From NCBI GenBank assembly GCA_964590745.1, contig CAZPZQ010000001.1, positions 1-47,697 of the forward strand: DNA of 47,697 bases, read 5' to 3'. How positions within the stretch are numbered: the first letter of the stretch is position 1; each line of letters begins with the position of its first letter. This DNA is from an uncultured Mycobacterium sp. (GTDB taxonomy: Bacteria; Actinomycetota; Actinomycetes; Mycobacteriales; Mycobacteriaceae). A program made the position numbers and the translations under genes. Below are positions 27,091-36,619 of this stretch, in pieces. The notes below the pieces were generated by a model. It did not search any database. It was given only the letters and a program-made list of their open reading frames with translations, and had not been told where the DNA came from.

Positions 27091-29487
27091 ATGCAGCGAA
27101 GCGACGTGCGACCGACACCGCTGGATGCGTTGCGCGTCGTCGAGATCAGCGATCGAATCGCCGGTGGTTACTGCGGCAAGCTGCTGGTCGACGCCGGTGC
27201 CGAGGTGTGCAAAATCGAACCACCGCAAGGGGATCCGCTACGGCGATACACGATGAGCGGCTCGTCGGTGCCCGATGCTCGGGCTGACCGGGGCGCCCCA
27301 CTGTTCGGTTATCTCAACTCCGGCAAGCGCAGTCTGGTGCTCTCACCGTCGGATGGGCGCTACCTCGCCGTCCTTGGTGCTGCCGACCTGATCGTGGTTA
27401 CCGCAACCCGGTCACAAGCGGCGGCTTTGGGTATCGATCCGCAGGCACTGTTGACCGACAATCCGCGAGCCGTTGTGGTGTCCATCTCCGACTTCGGCTG
27501 GACCGGGCCGTATGCCGAGCGGCCGGCCAGCGAATTCACCCTGCAGGCCCTTGCCGGCTTGACCGGGTTCCGTGGTGATCCCGCCGGGCCGCCCATCGCG
27601 ATCGGGGGAGAACTGGGTGAGTACATGGCCGGCGTGTGCGCGGCGTTTGGTGCGCTGGCGGTGCACCGCCGCGTGCGGCACCGCGGCGCTGGGGAACACC
27701 TGGACCTGTCCGTGCTCGAGGCGATGACGCTGATGCAGAGCTCCGAATGGCTGCACAGCCAACTGCTGGCCGTGCCGCCGGTCACCCGCACCGTGGAGGT
27801 ACCGTCGATCGAGCCGGCCAAGGACGGCTACGTCGGCATCACCATGGTCACCGGTCAGCAGTGGCTTGACTTCGCGGCGATGGTCGATTGCCCCGAGCTG
27901 ACCGAGAATCCGCAGCTACGATTTCAGATCGGACGCTGGGCATACCGAGATTTCATCCGCGACCGGATCGGCCCGTGGCTGGCCGAACGGACCGTCGAAG
28001 AAATCGTCGAGTTGGGGCAGCTGTTTCGGCTGCCGATCGCGGCGTTGGGCAACGGTTCGACGATCCGCGATATGGGGCATCTCAAAGACCGGGGCGTGTT
28101 CGTGCGCAACCCCGGCGGTTTCCACCAGCCTCGGGCGCCGTGGCTGATGTCGCACTGCCAGCCCGCGCCGCTGGCCGGCGCACCGCTGCTCGGCGAGGCC
28201 AACGGCGAACCGGCTTGGCGGCAACGAAAACCCACGGCCGACCCGGCGGACCACCGGCGGCTGCCGCTGGACGGTGTCCGCGTCATCGACCTGACCGCGT
28301 TCTGGGCCGGGCCGGCGGCCACCTACCTGCTGGCGGCGTTCGGCGCCGATGTGATCAAGGTGGAGTCGATTCAACGCCCCGACGGCATCCGCTACTCGGG
28401 TGGGATGCGCACCGACGTCGACGACTGGTGGGAGTACGGCTGGGTCTTCCACGCCATGAACACCAATAAGCGTTCGATCACCTTGGATTTGGGCTCCGAC
28501 GACGGGCGAACGCTGTTTTTGCGCCTGGTGGCCGGCGCCGACGTGGTGATCGAGAACTTCTCCCCGCGGGTGATGGACCACTTCGGGCTCACCGCCGAAC
28601 TGCTGCTGGCCCGAAACCAGCGCCTGGTCTTCGCCAGGATGCCGGCATTTGGCCTGGACGGCCCGTGGCGAGACCGGGTCGGGTTTGCCCCCACCATGGA
28701 ACAGCTCGCCGGTTTGGCCTGGGTGACCGGGCTACCCGACGGTGTCCCGGTCGCCCCGCGCGGAGCCTGCGACCCGCTGGCCGGTGTGCACGCCGCGTTC
28801 GCGGTGCTGGCGGCGCTGGATTTCGCCGAACGCACGGGTTTCGGCCAGCTTGTCGAACTGCCGATGATCGAATCGGTGCTCAATGCCACCGCCGTCCAGC
28901 CGCTGGAAGCCGAGGTGTTCGGGGTGACGCTGGGCCGTCGGGGCAACCGGGGTTACGGCCCGGCGGTGCAGAATCTCTATCGCTGCGCCGGCGACGACGA
29001 GTGGATCGCTCTCACCGTGGCCACCGACGAGCAGTGGCGGGCGCTGGTCGAGGTGATGGATCGTCCGACCTGGGCTGACGACGCAGCACTGGCCACAGCG
29101 GCCGGGCGGCGGGATCGCGCCGACGACATCGACGCCCGGCTGGCGGACTGGTTCGCCGGGCGGCAACTGGCCGCCACGGTGGAGTTGCTGGCAAGCGCCG
29201 GCGTGCCGGCCGCGGCGGTGGTGTCGCCGTCGCTGGTCACGGAGAACCCGCAACTACGGGAGCGCGGGTTTTTCGAGCCGCTGGACCACCCGCGAACCGG
29301 CGCCGGGCTGTATCCCCGTCCGCCGTTCGCCCCACTGCGCGGGCAGCACCGCTGGCTGTCGCGGCCGCCGCCCACCCTGGGCGAACACAACGACGAGGTG
29401 CTGCGCGAGGCCGCCGGGCTCGACGACGCAGACCTCGCGCGGTTGGCGACCGAGCAAGTGATCGGCACCCGTCCCGCCGGAGCGTGA
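27091..29487 (+). CDS. Double-domain family III CoA transferase (fused CaiB/BaiF tandem)
   Basis: Two repeats: LDALRVVE..GAEVCKIE..NSGKRS and [23 protein letters not shown]; start may be GTG 27106. Confidence 0.92.
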   Translation: MQRSDVRPTPLDALRVVEISDRIAGGYCGKLLVDAGAEVCKIEPPQGDPLRRYTMSGSSVPDARADRGAPLFGYLNSGKRSLVLSPSDGRYLAVLGAADLIVVTATRSQAAALGIDPQALLTDNPRAVVVSISDFGWTGPYAERPASEFTLQALAGLTGFRGDPAGPPIAIGGELGEYMAGVCAAFGALAVHRRVRHRGAGEHLDLSVLEAMTLMQSSEWLHSQLLAVPPVTRTVEVPSIEPAKDGYVGITMVTGQQWLDFAAMVDCPELTENPQLRFQIGRWAYRDFIRDRIGPWLAERTVEEIVELGQLFRLPIAALGNGSTIRDMGHLKDRGVFVRNPGGFHQPRAPWLMSHCQPAPLAGAPLLGEANGEPAWRQRKPTADPADHRRLPLDGVRVIDLTAFWAGPAATYLLAAFGADVIKVESIQRPDGIRYSGGMRTDVDDWWEYGWVFHAMNTNKRSITLDLGSDDGRTLFLRLVAGADVVIENFSPRVMDHFGLTAELLLARNQRLVFARMPAFGLDGPWRDRVGFAPTMEQLAGLAWVTGLPDGVPVAPRGACDPLAGVHAAFAVLAALDFAERTGFGQLVELPMIESVLNATAVQPLEAEVFGVTLGRRGNRGYGPAVQNLYRCAGDDEWIALTVATDEQWRALVEVMDRPTWADDAALATAAGRRDRADDIDARLADWFAGRQLAATVELLASAGVPAAAVVSPSLVTENPQLRERGFFEPLDHPRTGAGLYPRPPFAPLRGQHRWLSRPPPTLGEHNDEVLREAAGLDDADLARLATEQVIGTRPAGA

Positions 29488-29493
29488 TCGAGG

Positions 29494-30732
29494 TCAGCGT
29501 GCCCTCAGCGAGATCGCCATCTCGTCGTAGATCGACATATTCGTGACCAGGTTGGGGTGCGTCACCTTGGCCGGCCCGAGGGCGATGTCGTCGCCGCGCA
29601 GCAGCAGCTCGTCGAAGACCGCCCGCAACTCCGCGCGGGCGAGATGAGTGCCCAGACAGTAGTGCGGTCCGCCGCCGCCGAACGCCACATGTGGGTTGGG
29701 TTCACGTCCGATGTCGAAGCTGAACGGGTTATCGAAGACCTCCTCGTCGCGGTTGGCCGACCGCAGCATCGACACCACCCGATCGCCCCGGGGAATGTGC
29801 CGGCCGTCGATCTCGACGTCAACCTTTGCGGTGCGGGTCCAGTAGGCCACCGGCGACGTCCAGCGCAACACCTCTTCGATCGCCGCGGGCCGCAGCGCCT
29901 CGTCGTCGCGGTAGCGGTCGATCTGCTCTGGATTCGCCACGAATGCCTGAAGTCCGGCGGCCAGCGCGTTCTTAGTGGTGTCGCTGCCGGCGAACGCCAG
30001 AACGAAGAAGAAGATCTCGAGTTCGTTGGCCGGCAACCGGAATCGTTCACCGTCGTCGGCGGTGATTTCCGCCGAGGCCAGTGTGCTCCAGATGTCGTCG
30101 GCGGGGTTGCGACGCTTCTCGGCAGTAAGCTCGAGCGCGTAGCCGAAGATGGTGGCGTACAGGTTGAGTTCTTCTTGTTCGGTTAACCGGGCATGCGGTG
30201 AGTGGGCGGTGAGGATGCGGTCTAAGGCATCGAAGATCCGGGGACGGTCCTGCTCGGGCATGCCGATGATGTCGCCGATAACCGTCGCCGGCAGCGCGTC
30301 GGCGACATCGGCGATCCAGTCGCCGCCGCCCCGGTCCAGCAGATGATCGATCATCGACGTGGCACGCTTGCGGATGGCGTCTTCCAGTTTGGCGATCGCC
30401 CGCGGCGTGAACGCCCGCGAGATGAGCTTGCGTCGTTTGGTCAGCTCCGGCTCGTCCATGTTGATGATGGTCGGATACGACGAGAATGTGCCCGCGGGTT
30501 GGATCAGCGGGCCGTCGACCGCGGTGAACGAGTCGGCGTCTCGGTGGATGCGCAGCGTATGCCGGTGCTTGGTGGTGATCCAAAAGTCGCGCTGGACCCC
30601 GATCCGGGTCACACCCGGTGTCCGGTCGTGCCGGAAGACCGGGTTGTCACGTCGGAGGTCGGCGAATAAATCATCCGGAAACCCGTTGCGCCACAAATCG
30701 AAGTCGGCCAGGTCCAACGCCCAAGTAGTCAT
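29494..30732 (-). CDS. Cytochrome P450 (CYP124/125/126-like)
   Basis: AGSDTT, EVLR, SANRDEEVF, heme motif FGGGGPHYCLG. Confidence 0.95.
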   Translation of the reverse strand: MTTWALDLADFDLWRNGFPDDLFADLRRDNPVFRHDRTPGVTRIGVQRDFWITTKHRHTLRIHRDADSFTAVDGPLIQPAGTFSSYPTIINMDEPELTKRRKLISRAFTPRAIAKLEDAIRKRATSMIDHLLDRGGGDWIADVADALPATVIGDIIGMPEQDRPRIFDALDRILTAHSPHARLTEQEELNLYATIFGYALELTAEKRRNPADDIWSTLASAEITADDGERFRLPANELEIFFFVLAFAGSDTTKNALAAGLQAFVANPEQIDRYRDDEALRPAAIEEVLRWTSPVAYWTRTAKVDVEIDGRHIPRGDRVVSMLRSANRDEEVFDNPFSFDIGREPNPHVAFGGGGPHYCLGTHLARAELRAVFDELLLRGDDIALGPAKVTHPNLVTNMSIYDEMAISLRAR

Positions 30733-30777
30733 GGTCACCTCGATCCCGTCGGCCCACCGGCCGTGACGCCCAGATAA

Positions 30778-30818
30778 TTGACGTGCAATGTCTAAAATAG
30801 TAAAAATAGACCGGTATC
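30778..30818. promoter_or_regulatory. Tandem 9-bp operator-like motif, copy 5, next to TTGACG
   Basis: TTGACG at 30778; t-CTAAAATAG-TAAAAATAG-a at 30791-30810. Confidence 0.7.
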
Positions 30819-30860
30819 GTCGAGCCGCGAGCGGTTGGGTGCGTCGAAAACGGAGAGCCT

Positions 30861-31976
30861 GTGACAGACACGGTTTCGAATTGGGACATGGATTCCTCGG
30901 AGCACGACCCCGAGTCGACCAGTATCGCGCTGTCGACGTACCGCTTCCCGACCGGATGGTTCATTGTCGGCTTCGCCTCCGACTTGGCCAACGGTGAGGT
31001 CAAACGAGTGCACTATTTCGGTGAAGAACTGGTGCTGTTTCGCACCTCCACCGGACGAGTGCACGTGCTGGACGCCTACTGCCAGCACCTCGGCGCCAAC
31101 ATGGGTATCGGCGGCACCGTGGAGGGTGAGAACATCGTCTGCCCTTGGCACGGCTGGCACTGGCGCGGCGACGGCAGCAATGCCTTGATTCCGTACAGTA
31201 AGATCGGTTGCAACAAAACCGTGCATATCCGCACTTACCCGTGCATGGAGTGGTACGGCTTCATTCTGGTTTGGCATGAGCGCCACGGACGGATCCCGTA
31301 TTGGCGACCGCCGGTGGTGCCCGAGCTGGAAGGCGACGACTACTACCCGCTGCACCCGCACACCCGGATGCTCAATCGGGTCAAGGTGCACCCGCAGATG
31401 ATCATCGAGAACGCGGCCGACCCCTATCACGTGCAGTACGTGCACAAAGCCGCTAACCCGGCCAATACCGCGTCGTTTCAGGTGTCCGGCTATCACTTGC
31501 ACGCCACCGTCCAGGCCAACTTCGGCGGTGGCCGCGCGCAGACCTGGTTGACCCCCGAGGGCCCGGTCACCGCCGAGATCGTCTACGACAACTACTCACT
31601 GGGCCTGGGCTTCGTCCGGTTCCCCAGCGACCTGGTAGCCACCGTTCAGATCACCGGGCAGACGCCGGTCGATGAGGATTACACCGACTACTTCTACACC
31701 CAGGCATCCATCCGCGAGCCCGGCGACACCGGCGACGTGCCGACCGGCCGAGCCGCGAAATTCCTGGCGCTGCAACAACAGGTGATCAGACAGGACTTCT
31801 TCACCTGGGAGAACATGAAATACCTGGAGCGGCCCAACCTGGCGCCGGAAGAGGCGCGCGACTACACCGCGCTGCGCCGCTGGGCGCATCGGTTCTACCC
31901 TGGCGAAGAACCCTCGCCGACGGACTTCGGTTACACCGCTGACGGTCGGCCGGACCCGGCGGTCGCAGGAGTCTGA
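30861..31976 (+). CDS. Rieske non-heme iron oxygenase, KshA-like
   Basis: FPTGW, DAYCQHLGA..CPWHGW, mononuclear site ENAADPYHVQYVH, QDFFTWENM. Confidence 0.9.
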   Translation: MTDTVSNWDMDSSEHDPESTSIALSTYRFPTGWFIVGFASDLANGEVKRVHYFGEELVLFRTSTGRVHVLDAYCQHLGANMGIGGTVEGENIVCPWHGWHWRGDGSNALIPYSKIGCNKTVHIRTYPCMEWYGFILVWHERHGRIPYWRPPVVPELEGDDYYPLHPHTRMLNRVKVHPQMIIENAADPYHVQYVHKAANPANTASFQVSGYHLHATVQANFGGGRAQTWLTPEGPVTAEIVYDNYSLGLGFVRFPSDLVATVQITGQTPVDEDYTDYFYTQASIREPGDTGDVPTGRAAKFLALQQQVIRQDFFTWENMKYLERPNLAPEEARDYTALRRWAHRFYPGEEPSPTDFGYTADGRPDPAVAGV

Positions 31977-33553
31977 TGCGCCAACGGCAGGCGCTAGGGC
32001 CGGCGGATTTCGGTGTGGACCGGTTCAGCGTCTCAGCAGTGCTGGATCGGCGTGCCAAGCGGCTGCCCGACCGGGTGATGATGTCGATCGCCGGCATTCC
32101 GGTGACCTTTGAACAGATGGCCCAACGCTCACGCGCAGCAGCGAACGTGCTGCTCGACCTGGGCCTGAAGCGCGGCGACTGCGTTGCGTTGTTCACCGCG
32201 ACGTGTCCGGAATGGGTCTACTTCTGGCTGGGTGCGGCGCGCGTCGGCCTGGTGAGTGCCGCCATCAACGCCGCGAATAAAGGAGACTTTCTGCAGCACC
32301 CGCTGGAACTGTCCCGGGCCAAGGCGGTCATTACCGACACCGATCGGTGCGGGCGTGTTCGCGCTGTCGCCGACCGGGTGCCGGCGGTGACCGACATTGT
32401 GGCGTGCGATGATTCACTGCGCCGGGCCCTGACCGACGACGGTCGGCCGCTGGTGGATACCCTCGGTGAAACCGGTGATGCCGGGACAATATTTTTCACC
32501 TCGGGCACCACCGGACCAGCCAAAGCGGTGGCCACGAGCTGGCATTACCTGTTCACTGCAGCGGCCACCGTGGCCGCGGCCTGGGAATTCGGCCCGGGTG
32601 AGACGGTGTGGACAGCGATGCCGCTGTTTCACCTCAGCGCGGCACCCACCGTGCTGGCGCCGATGCTGGTCGGCGGAACCACCGTGCTGGCGGACGGGTT
32701 CCACCCTGACCGGGTGTGGGATGACGTGCGTAGCTGCGGCGCGATCGGATTCGCCGGGGCCGGCGCCATGGTGTCAATGCTGCAGAAGTTGCCGGCCGAT
32801 CCGCGTGACGAAGCGCTTCCGCTGCGGTTCATCTCCGCAGCGCCGATCGCCGCTGGTGACCATCGCAACATCGAAAGGCGATACGGCTGCCGCGTTGTCA
32901 CCATGTACGGCCTGACCGAGGCGTTTCCCCTCACCGTCAACGGTGTCGCCGACGACGGTGCGCCCGGCACATCTGGGCGGCCCACCGCGAGCTTCGACGT
33001 GCGCATCGTCGATTCGAACGGCGACCCGCTGCCTACCGGGCAGGTTGGCGAGATCGCCTGTCGGCCTCGGTATCCGCATGTTATGAGCGAGGGCTACCTG
33101 CGCTACGGCGGCGCTATCGTCAAGCACCCGAGCTGGTTCCGGACCGGAGATTTGGGCAAGGTGGACGAGGCGCAGAATCTGACCTACGTCGACCGGGTCA
33201 AAGATGCGGTGCGCCGGCGCGGCGAAAACATCTCCTCGATCGAAGTGGAGACAGTGGTGCTGAGCCATCCGGCGGTGGCCGAGGCCGCTGTGGTCGCGGT
33301 GCCCAGCGAACTGGGTGAAGATGACATCCTGCTGGCCTTGACACTGCGGCCGGCCGCAGCGCTGGACTATGTTGAGCTGCTTGACTTCTGTGCTGAACGG
33401 ATGCCGTACTTCTGCGTGCCGCGCTACGTCGAAATCGTCGACGTGATCCCGAGAAACGGCATCGGGCGGATGCGCAAGGATCTGCTGCGCGCCCGGGGTG
33501 TCGGCGGTGACGCCTGGGACCGGGAACAGCACGGATACCGCCTCAATCGATAG
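31976..33553 (+). CDS. Acyl-CoA ligase (CaiC-like)
   Basis: FTSGTTGPAK, YGLTE, FRTGDLG, DRVKDAVRRRGENISSIEVE. Confidence 0.92.
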   Translation: MRQRQALGPADFGVDRFSVSAVLDRRAKRLPDRVMMSIAGIPVTFEQMAQRSRAAANVLLDLGLKRGDCVALFTATCPEWVYFWLGAARVGLVSAAINAANKGDFLQHPLELSRAKAVITDTDRCGRVRAVADRVPAVTDIVACDDSLRRALTDDGRPLVDTLGETGDAGTIFFTSGTTGPAKAVATSWHYLFTAAATVAAAWEFGPGETVWTAMPLFHLSAAPTVLAPMLVGGTTVLADGFHPDRVWDDVRSCGAIGFAGAGAMVSMLQKLPADPRDEALPLRFISAAPIAAGDHRNIERRYGCRVVTMYGLTEAFPLTVNGVADDGAPGTSGRPTASFDVRIVDSNGDPLPTGQVGEIACRPRYPHVMSEGYLRYGGAIVKHPSWFRTGDLGKVDEAQNLTYVDRVKDAVRRRGENISSIEVETVVLSHPAVAEAAVVAVPSELGEDDILLALTLRPAAALDYVELLDFCAERMPYFCVPRYVEIVDVIPRNGIGRMRKDLLRARGVGGDAWDREQHGYRLNR

Positions 33554-33570
33554 AGTCTGGGAGAAGCGAG

Positions 33571-33963
33571 ATGAGCATGACCTATCAGCAGGAGCACCTG
33601 CTCAGCGGCGCGGTGGGCCGGGACGCCATCCTGAACCTCACGGCGCGGCACAATCGGTGCTATTCATCAGGTGACCGAGACGGTTGGATCGCGACGTTTA
33701 AGCACTCCGGCGCCCAATTCACCCGCGGCGGCGAGACCTTCACCGATTTACGGGACGCATTCGACGGCGGGGGACAGCGGCTGGTCACCGTCGACCACGA
33801 CATCTGGGTGGACGGCATCGACGCAACCCAGCACTGCGTCGCGTTGCTGTTTGTCGCCGGCCCCGATGCCGTCCGGATGCAAGCCACCGGCACCTATCGG
33901 GATCAGCTGGTCTACGAACGGGGCAACTGGTACTTCGCTTCCCGTGATTTGCAATGGGATTAG
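33571..33963 (+). CDS. SnoaL/NTF2-like protein
   Basis: RDAILNLTARH..GD..GW..TF...GTYRDQL...W.FASR pattern. Confidence 0.8.
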   Translation: MSMTYQQEHLLSGAVGRDAILNLTARHNRCYSSGDRDGWIATFKHSGAQFTRGGETFTDLRDAFDGGGQRLVTVDHDIWVDGIDATQHCVALLFVAGPDAVRMQATGTYRDQLVYERGNWYFASRDLQWD

Positions 33964-33979
33964 TCGCAAGCCGAGTGTG

Positions 33980-34498
33980 ATGGACTACCAGCTGGCATTC
34001 GGCAGTTACGACGACGCGCTACGCATGGTCGGGGTGACCACTGAGCCGCGAACCGCATCAGCTGTGGTGAGCGCTGCGCGGATCCAGTTGTTCGCGGCAA
34101 TGGTGCGCGACGGTAATCCGGCGTATTGGGACGTCGAGTTTGCCCGGCGGGTCTGGGGTGGTCTGCTTGCACCGCCCGCACTGCTGATGGGGTGGTTAAT
34201 CCCGCCGCCCTGGCAGCCTGCGGGTGAATCGCCGGTGGCGTCGCTGGCGCTACGGGTGCCGTTACCGGGCACCAGTTTCATTAACGCGGCCAACGAGGCC
34301 GAGTTTGTGTTGCCCGTCATTGAGGGCGACCGACTCACCGTCGTTGAAGAGGTGGTGTCGGTGTCGCCGGAAAAACGAACCCGGCTCGGCGTCGGGCACT
34401 TTGTCGAGACACTCGACACCTTCAGCCGCCAAGACGGTGCGGTGGTGGCCCGCAACCGCAACACATTGTTTCGCTTCATGCCCGGAGCGGCGTCATGA
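33980..34498 (+). CDS. MaoC-like hotdog dehydratase, partner subunit
   Basis: IQLFAAMVRDGNPAYWD..A...GGLLAPP, PVIEGD, KRTRLGVG. Confidence 0.85.
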   Translation: MDYQLAFGSYDDALRMVGVTTEPRTASAVVSAARIQLFAAMVRDGNPAYWDVEFARRVWGGLLAPPALLMGWLIPPPWQPAGESPVASLALRVPLPGTSFINAANEAEFVLPVIEGDRLTVVEEVVSVSPEKRTRLGVGHFVETLDTFSRQDGAVVARNRNTLFRFMPGAAS

Positions 34499-34926
34499 TG
34501 CCGGCGTGGGACGAGCTCAGCCCTCCGGTCGAGCTGCCGCAGGTGGTCGACGAGATCGACTACCAGCGAGTCGTGATGAACTGCGCCGCCACCTGGGACT
34601 ACTTTCCCGGGCACTTCGACCCCGGGTATGCCGAAACACACGGCCACCGCACCATCTTCGTCAACACCATGCACCTGGCCGGATTCGCCGACCGGATCGC
34701 GACCGACTGGGCCGGTCCGGGCAGCAGGGTGGTGCGCCGGAAGATGACCCTGGTTGGTTCCATCTACGCCGGCGACACCATGGTGGGCCGCGGGCGCGTC
34801 GTCGCCAAGCGCTCTGACACCAGCGCCGATCCGGCACGCCATTTGCTGGACCTGCACATCGAGGTGACCAACCAGCATGGTGAGCTGTGCTGTCCGGTCG
34901 AGCTGATGCTGGAGGTACCGGATTAA
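34495..34926 (+). CDS. MaoC-like hotdog (de)hydratase, catalytic subunit
   Basis: ATWDYFPGHFD (D-x4-H), IFVNTM, IYAGD; ATGA-coupled to partner. Confidence 0.88.
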   Translation: MMPAWDELSPPVELPQVVDEIDYQRVVMNCAATWDYFPGHFDPGYAETHGHRTIFVNTMHLAGFADRIATDWAGPGSRVVRRKMTLVGSIYAGDTMVGRGRVVAKRSDTSADPARHLLDLHIEVTNQHGELCCPVELMLEVPD

Positions 34927-34931
34927 CCGAG

Positions 34932-36587
34932 ATGACTGCTGATGCAGGCAGAATCGGCCCGGCGTTATCGCGGTACAGTTCGACCGTGGACGAGTTCGAC
35001 TATGTCGTTGCCGGCGGAGGGTCGGCGGGTTGTGTGGTGGCGAGTCGACTGAGTGAGGACTCGTCGGTGACGGTGTGCCTGCTCGAGGCCGGCGGTGAGG
35101 GCCGAGATCCGTTGATCCGCGCGCCGCTTGGCTTCGTCGTGGCGATGCCGCGGGGCATCAACAGCTGGCATTACCAGACGGTGCCCCAGACCGGCTTCAA
35201 CGGCCGGCGAGGGTTTCAACCGCGCGGCAAGGCGCTCGGAGGATCCAGCGTCATCAACGCGATGATCTATGCGCACGGTCATCCCTCAGACTTCGACACC
35301 TGGGAGTCGTTGGGGAATCCGGGCTGGGGTTTTGACGATGTGCTGCCGTACTTCAAGAAAACGGAGACGAATGCCATCCACCGCGACTCGCCCTACCACG
35401 GAACGGGCGGTCCATTGCATGTGACGAACCTGCGGAACCCGAGCCCGCTCAACGACGTCTTCCTGCGGGCCTGCGAGTCGCAAGGCATCCCGTACAACCA
35501 CGACTACAACGGCGAACAGCACTTCGGTTGCTACCACGTGCAAGTCACCCAGAAAGATGGCGAACGACACAGCGTTGCCGCGGCATTCATCCATCCCAAT
35601 CTCGACCGCCCCAACCTGGACGTGCGCACCAAAGCCCACATCACCAGGATCGTGTTCGACGGGCGCCGAGCAACCGGCGTTGCCTACCAGCACCGCGGGC
35701 AGTTGCGCACCGTGCGAGCCCGGCGCGAGGTGATCGTGTCAGCCGGTGCGTTCGGCACCCCGCAGATCCTGATGGCATCTGGCCTCGGTCCCGGCTCACA
35801 CCTACAACAACTCGGTATCACCCCGGTGCTCGACAGCCCCGGCATCGGCCAGAACCTGCAGGATCACATCTCCGCGCTGTTGATCTACCGGGCCCGGATC
35901 AGCGATGACACGGTCGGCATCTCCCCGATTGGTGTCGCTCGGATAGCGCAGGCGATGTGGCAATGGCGCCGGCATCGAAAAGGCCTGATCACCAGTTGCG
36001 CCGCCGAGTCCGGTGCCTACTACCGAACCAGTCCGGACGTCGAGGTGCCGGACATGGAGATGGAGCTGATCGTCGGCATCGGCAAAGACCACGGCCGCAA
36101 ACCTCCGCTTGGCCACGGCTACTCGGCCCACCTGTTGCTGGCCCGGCCCAAAAGTCTCGGCGAGGTACGGCTGGCCAGCCCGGACACCCGGATCGCGCCA
36201 TTGATCGACCCGAAGTACTTCAGTCACCCCTACGACATGGAGACGCTGATCAAAGGAACCCAGATCGCTCTTGATGTCATGAACGACAGCGCTTTTGACC
36301 GCTACCGGCGCGAGATGATCATCCACTATGAGCGCGACGACCCACAGCAGATCGAGGACACGCTGCGCGCGCACGCCGACACCGAATACCATCCGTGCGG
36401 AACGTGCAAGATGGGCCCGGACAGCGATCCAATGGCGGTCGTCGACCCGAAGCTCAAGGTGCACGGAATCGAGGGTCTTCGGATCGCCGACGCATCGGTG
36501 ATGCCGACCATACCGAGCAACAACATCCACGCACCGGTGCTGATGATCGCAGAGAAGTGTGCCGACCTGATCAAGCAATCGGCTTGA
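34932..36587 (+). CDS. GMC oxidoreductase (choline/alcohol dehydrogenase-like)
   Basis: DYVVAGGGSAG, PRGKALGGSSVINAM, GQNLQDH, YHPCGTCKMG, LRIADASVMP; start may be GTG 34986. Confidence 0.94.
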   Translation: MTADAGRIGPALSRYSSTVDEFDYVVAGGGSAGCVVASRLSEDSSVTVCLLEAGGEGRDPLIRAPLGFVVAMPRGINSWHYQTVPQTGFNGRRGFQPRGKALGGSSVINAMIYAHGHPSDFDTWESLGNPGWGFDDVLPYFKKTETNAIHRDSPYHGTGGPLHVTNLRNPSPLNDVFLRACESQGIPYNHDYNGEQHFGCYHVQVTQKDGERHSVAAAFIHPNLDRPNLDVRTKAHITRIVFDGRRATGVAYQHRGQLRTVRARREVIVSAGAFGTPQILMASGLGPGSHLQQLGITPVLDSPGIGQNLQDHISALLIYRARISDDTVGISPIGVARIAQAMWQWRRHRKGLITSCAAESGAYYRTSPDVEVPDMEMELIVGIGKDHGRKPPLGHGYSAHLLLARPKSLGEVRLASPDTRIAPLIDPKYFSHPYDMETLIKGTQIALDVMNDSAFDRYRREMIIHYERDDPQQIEDTLRAHADTEYHPCGTCKMGPDSDPMAVVDPKLKVHGIEGLRIADASVMPTIPSNNIHAPVLMIAEKCADLIKQSA

Positions 36588-36619
36588 CCGAGATCGGCTC
36601 CGCAAAGTAGCGGCGAAGG

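Noticed and set aside
29494-31976. Canonical cholesterol degradation locus (cyp125/kshA)
   Set aside because: Only family-level resemblance; no kstD, hsa, ipd, ltp or mce4 genes and no KstR boxes seen, so gene symbols were withheld
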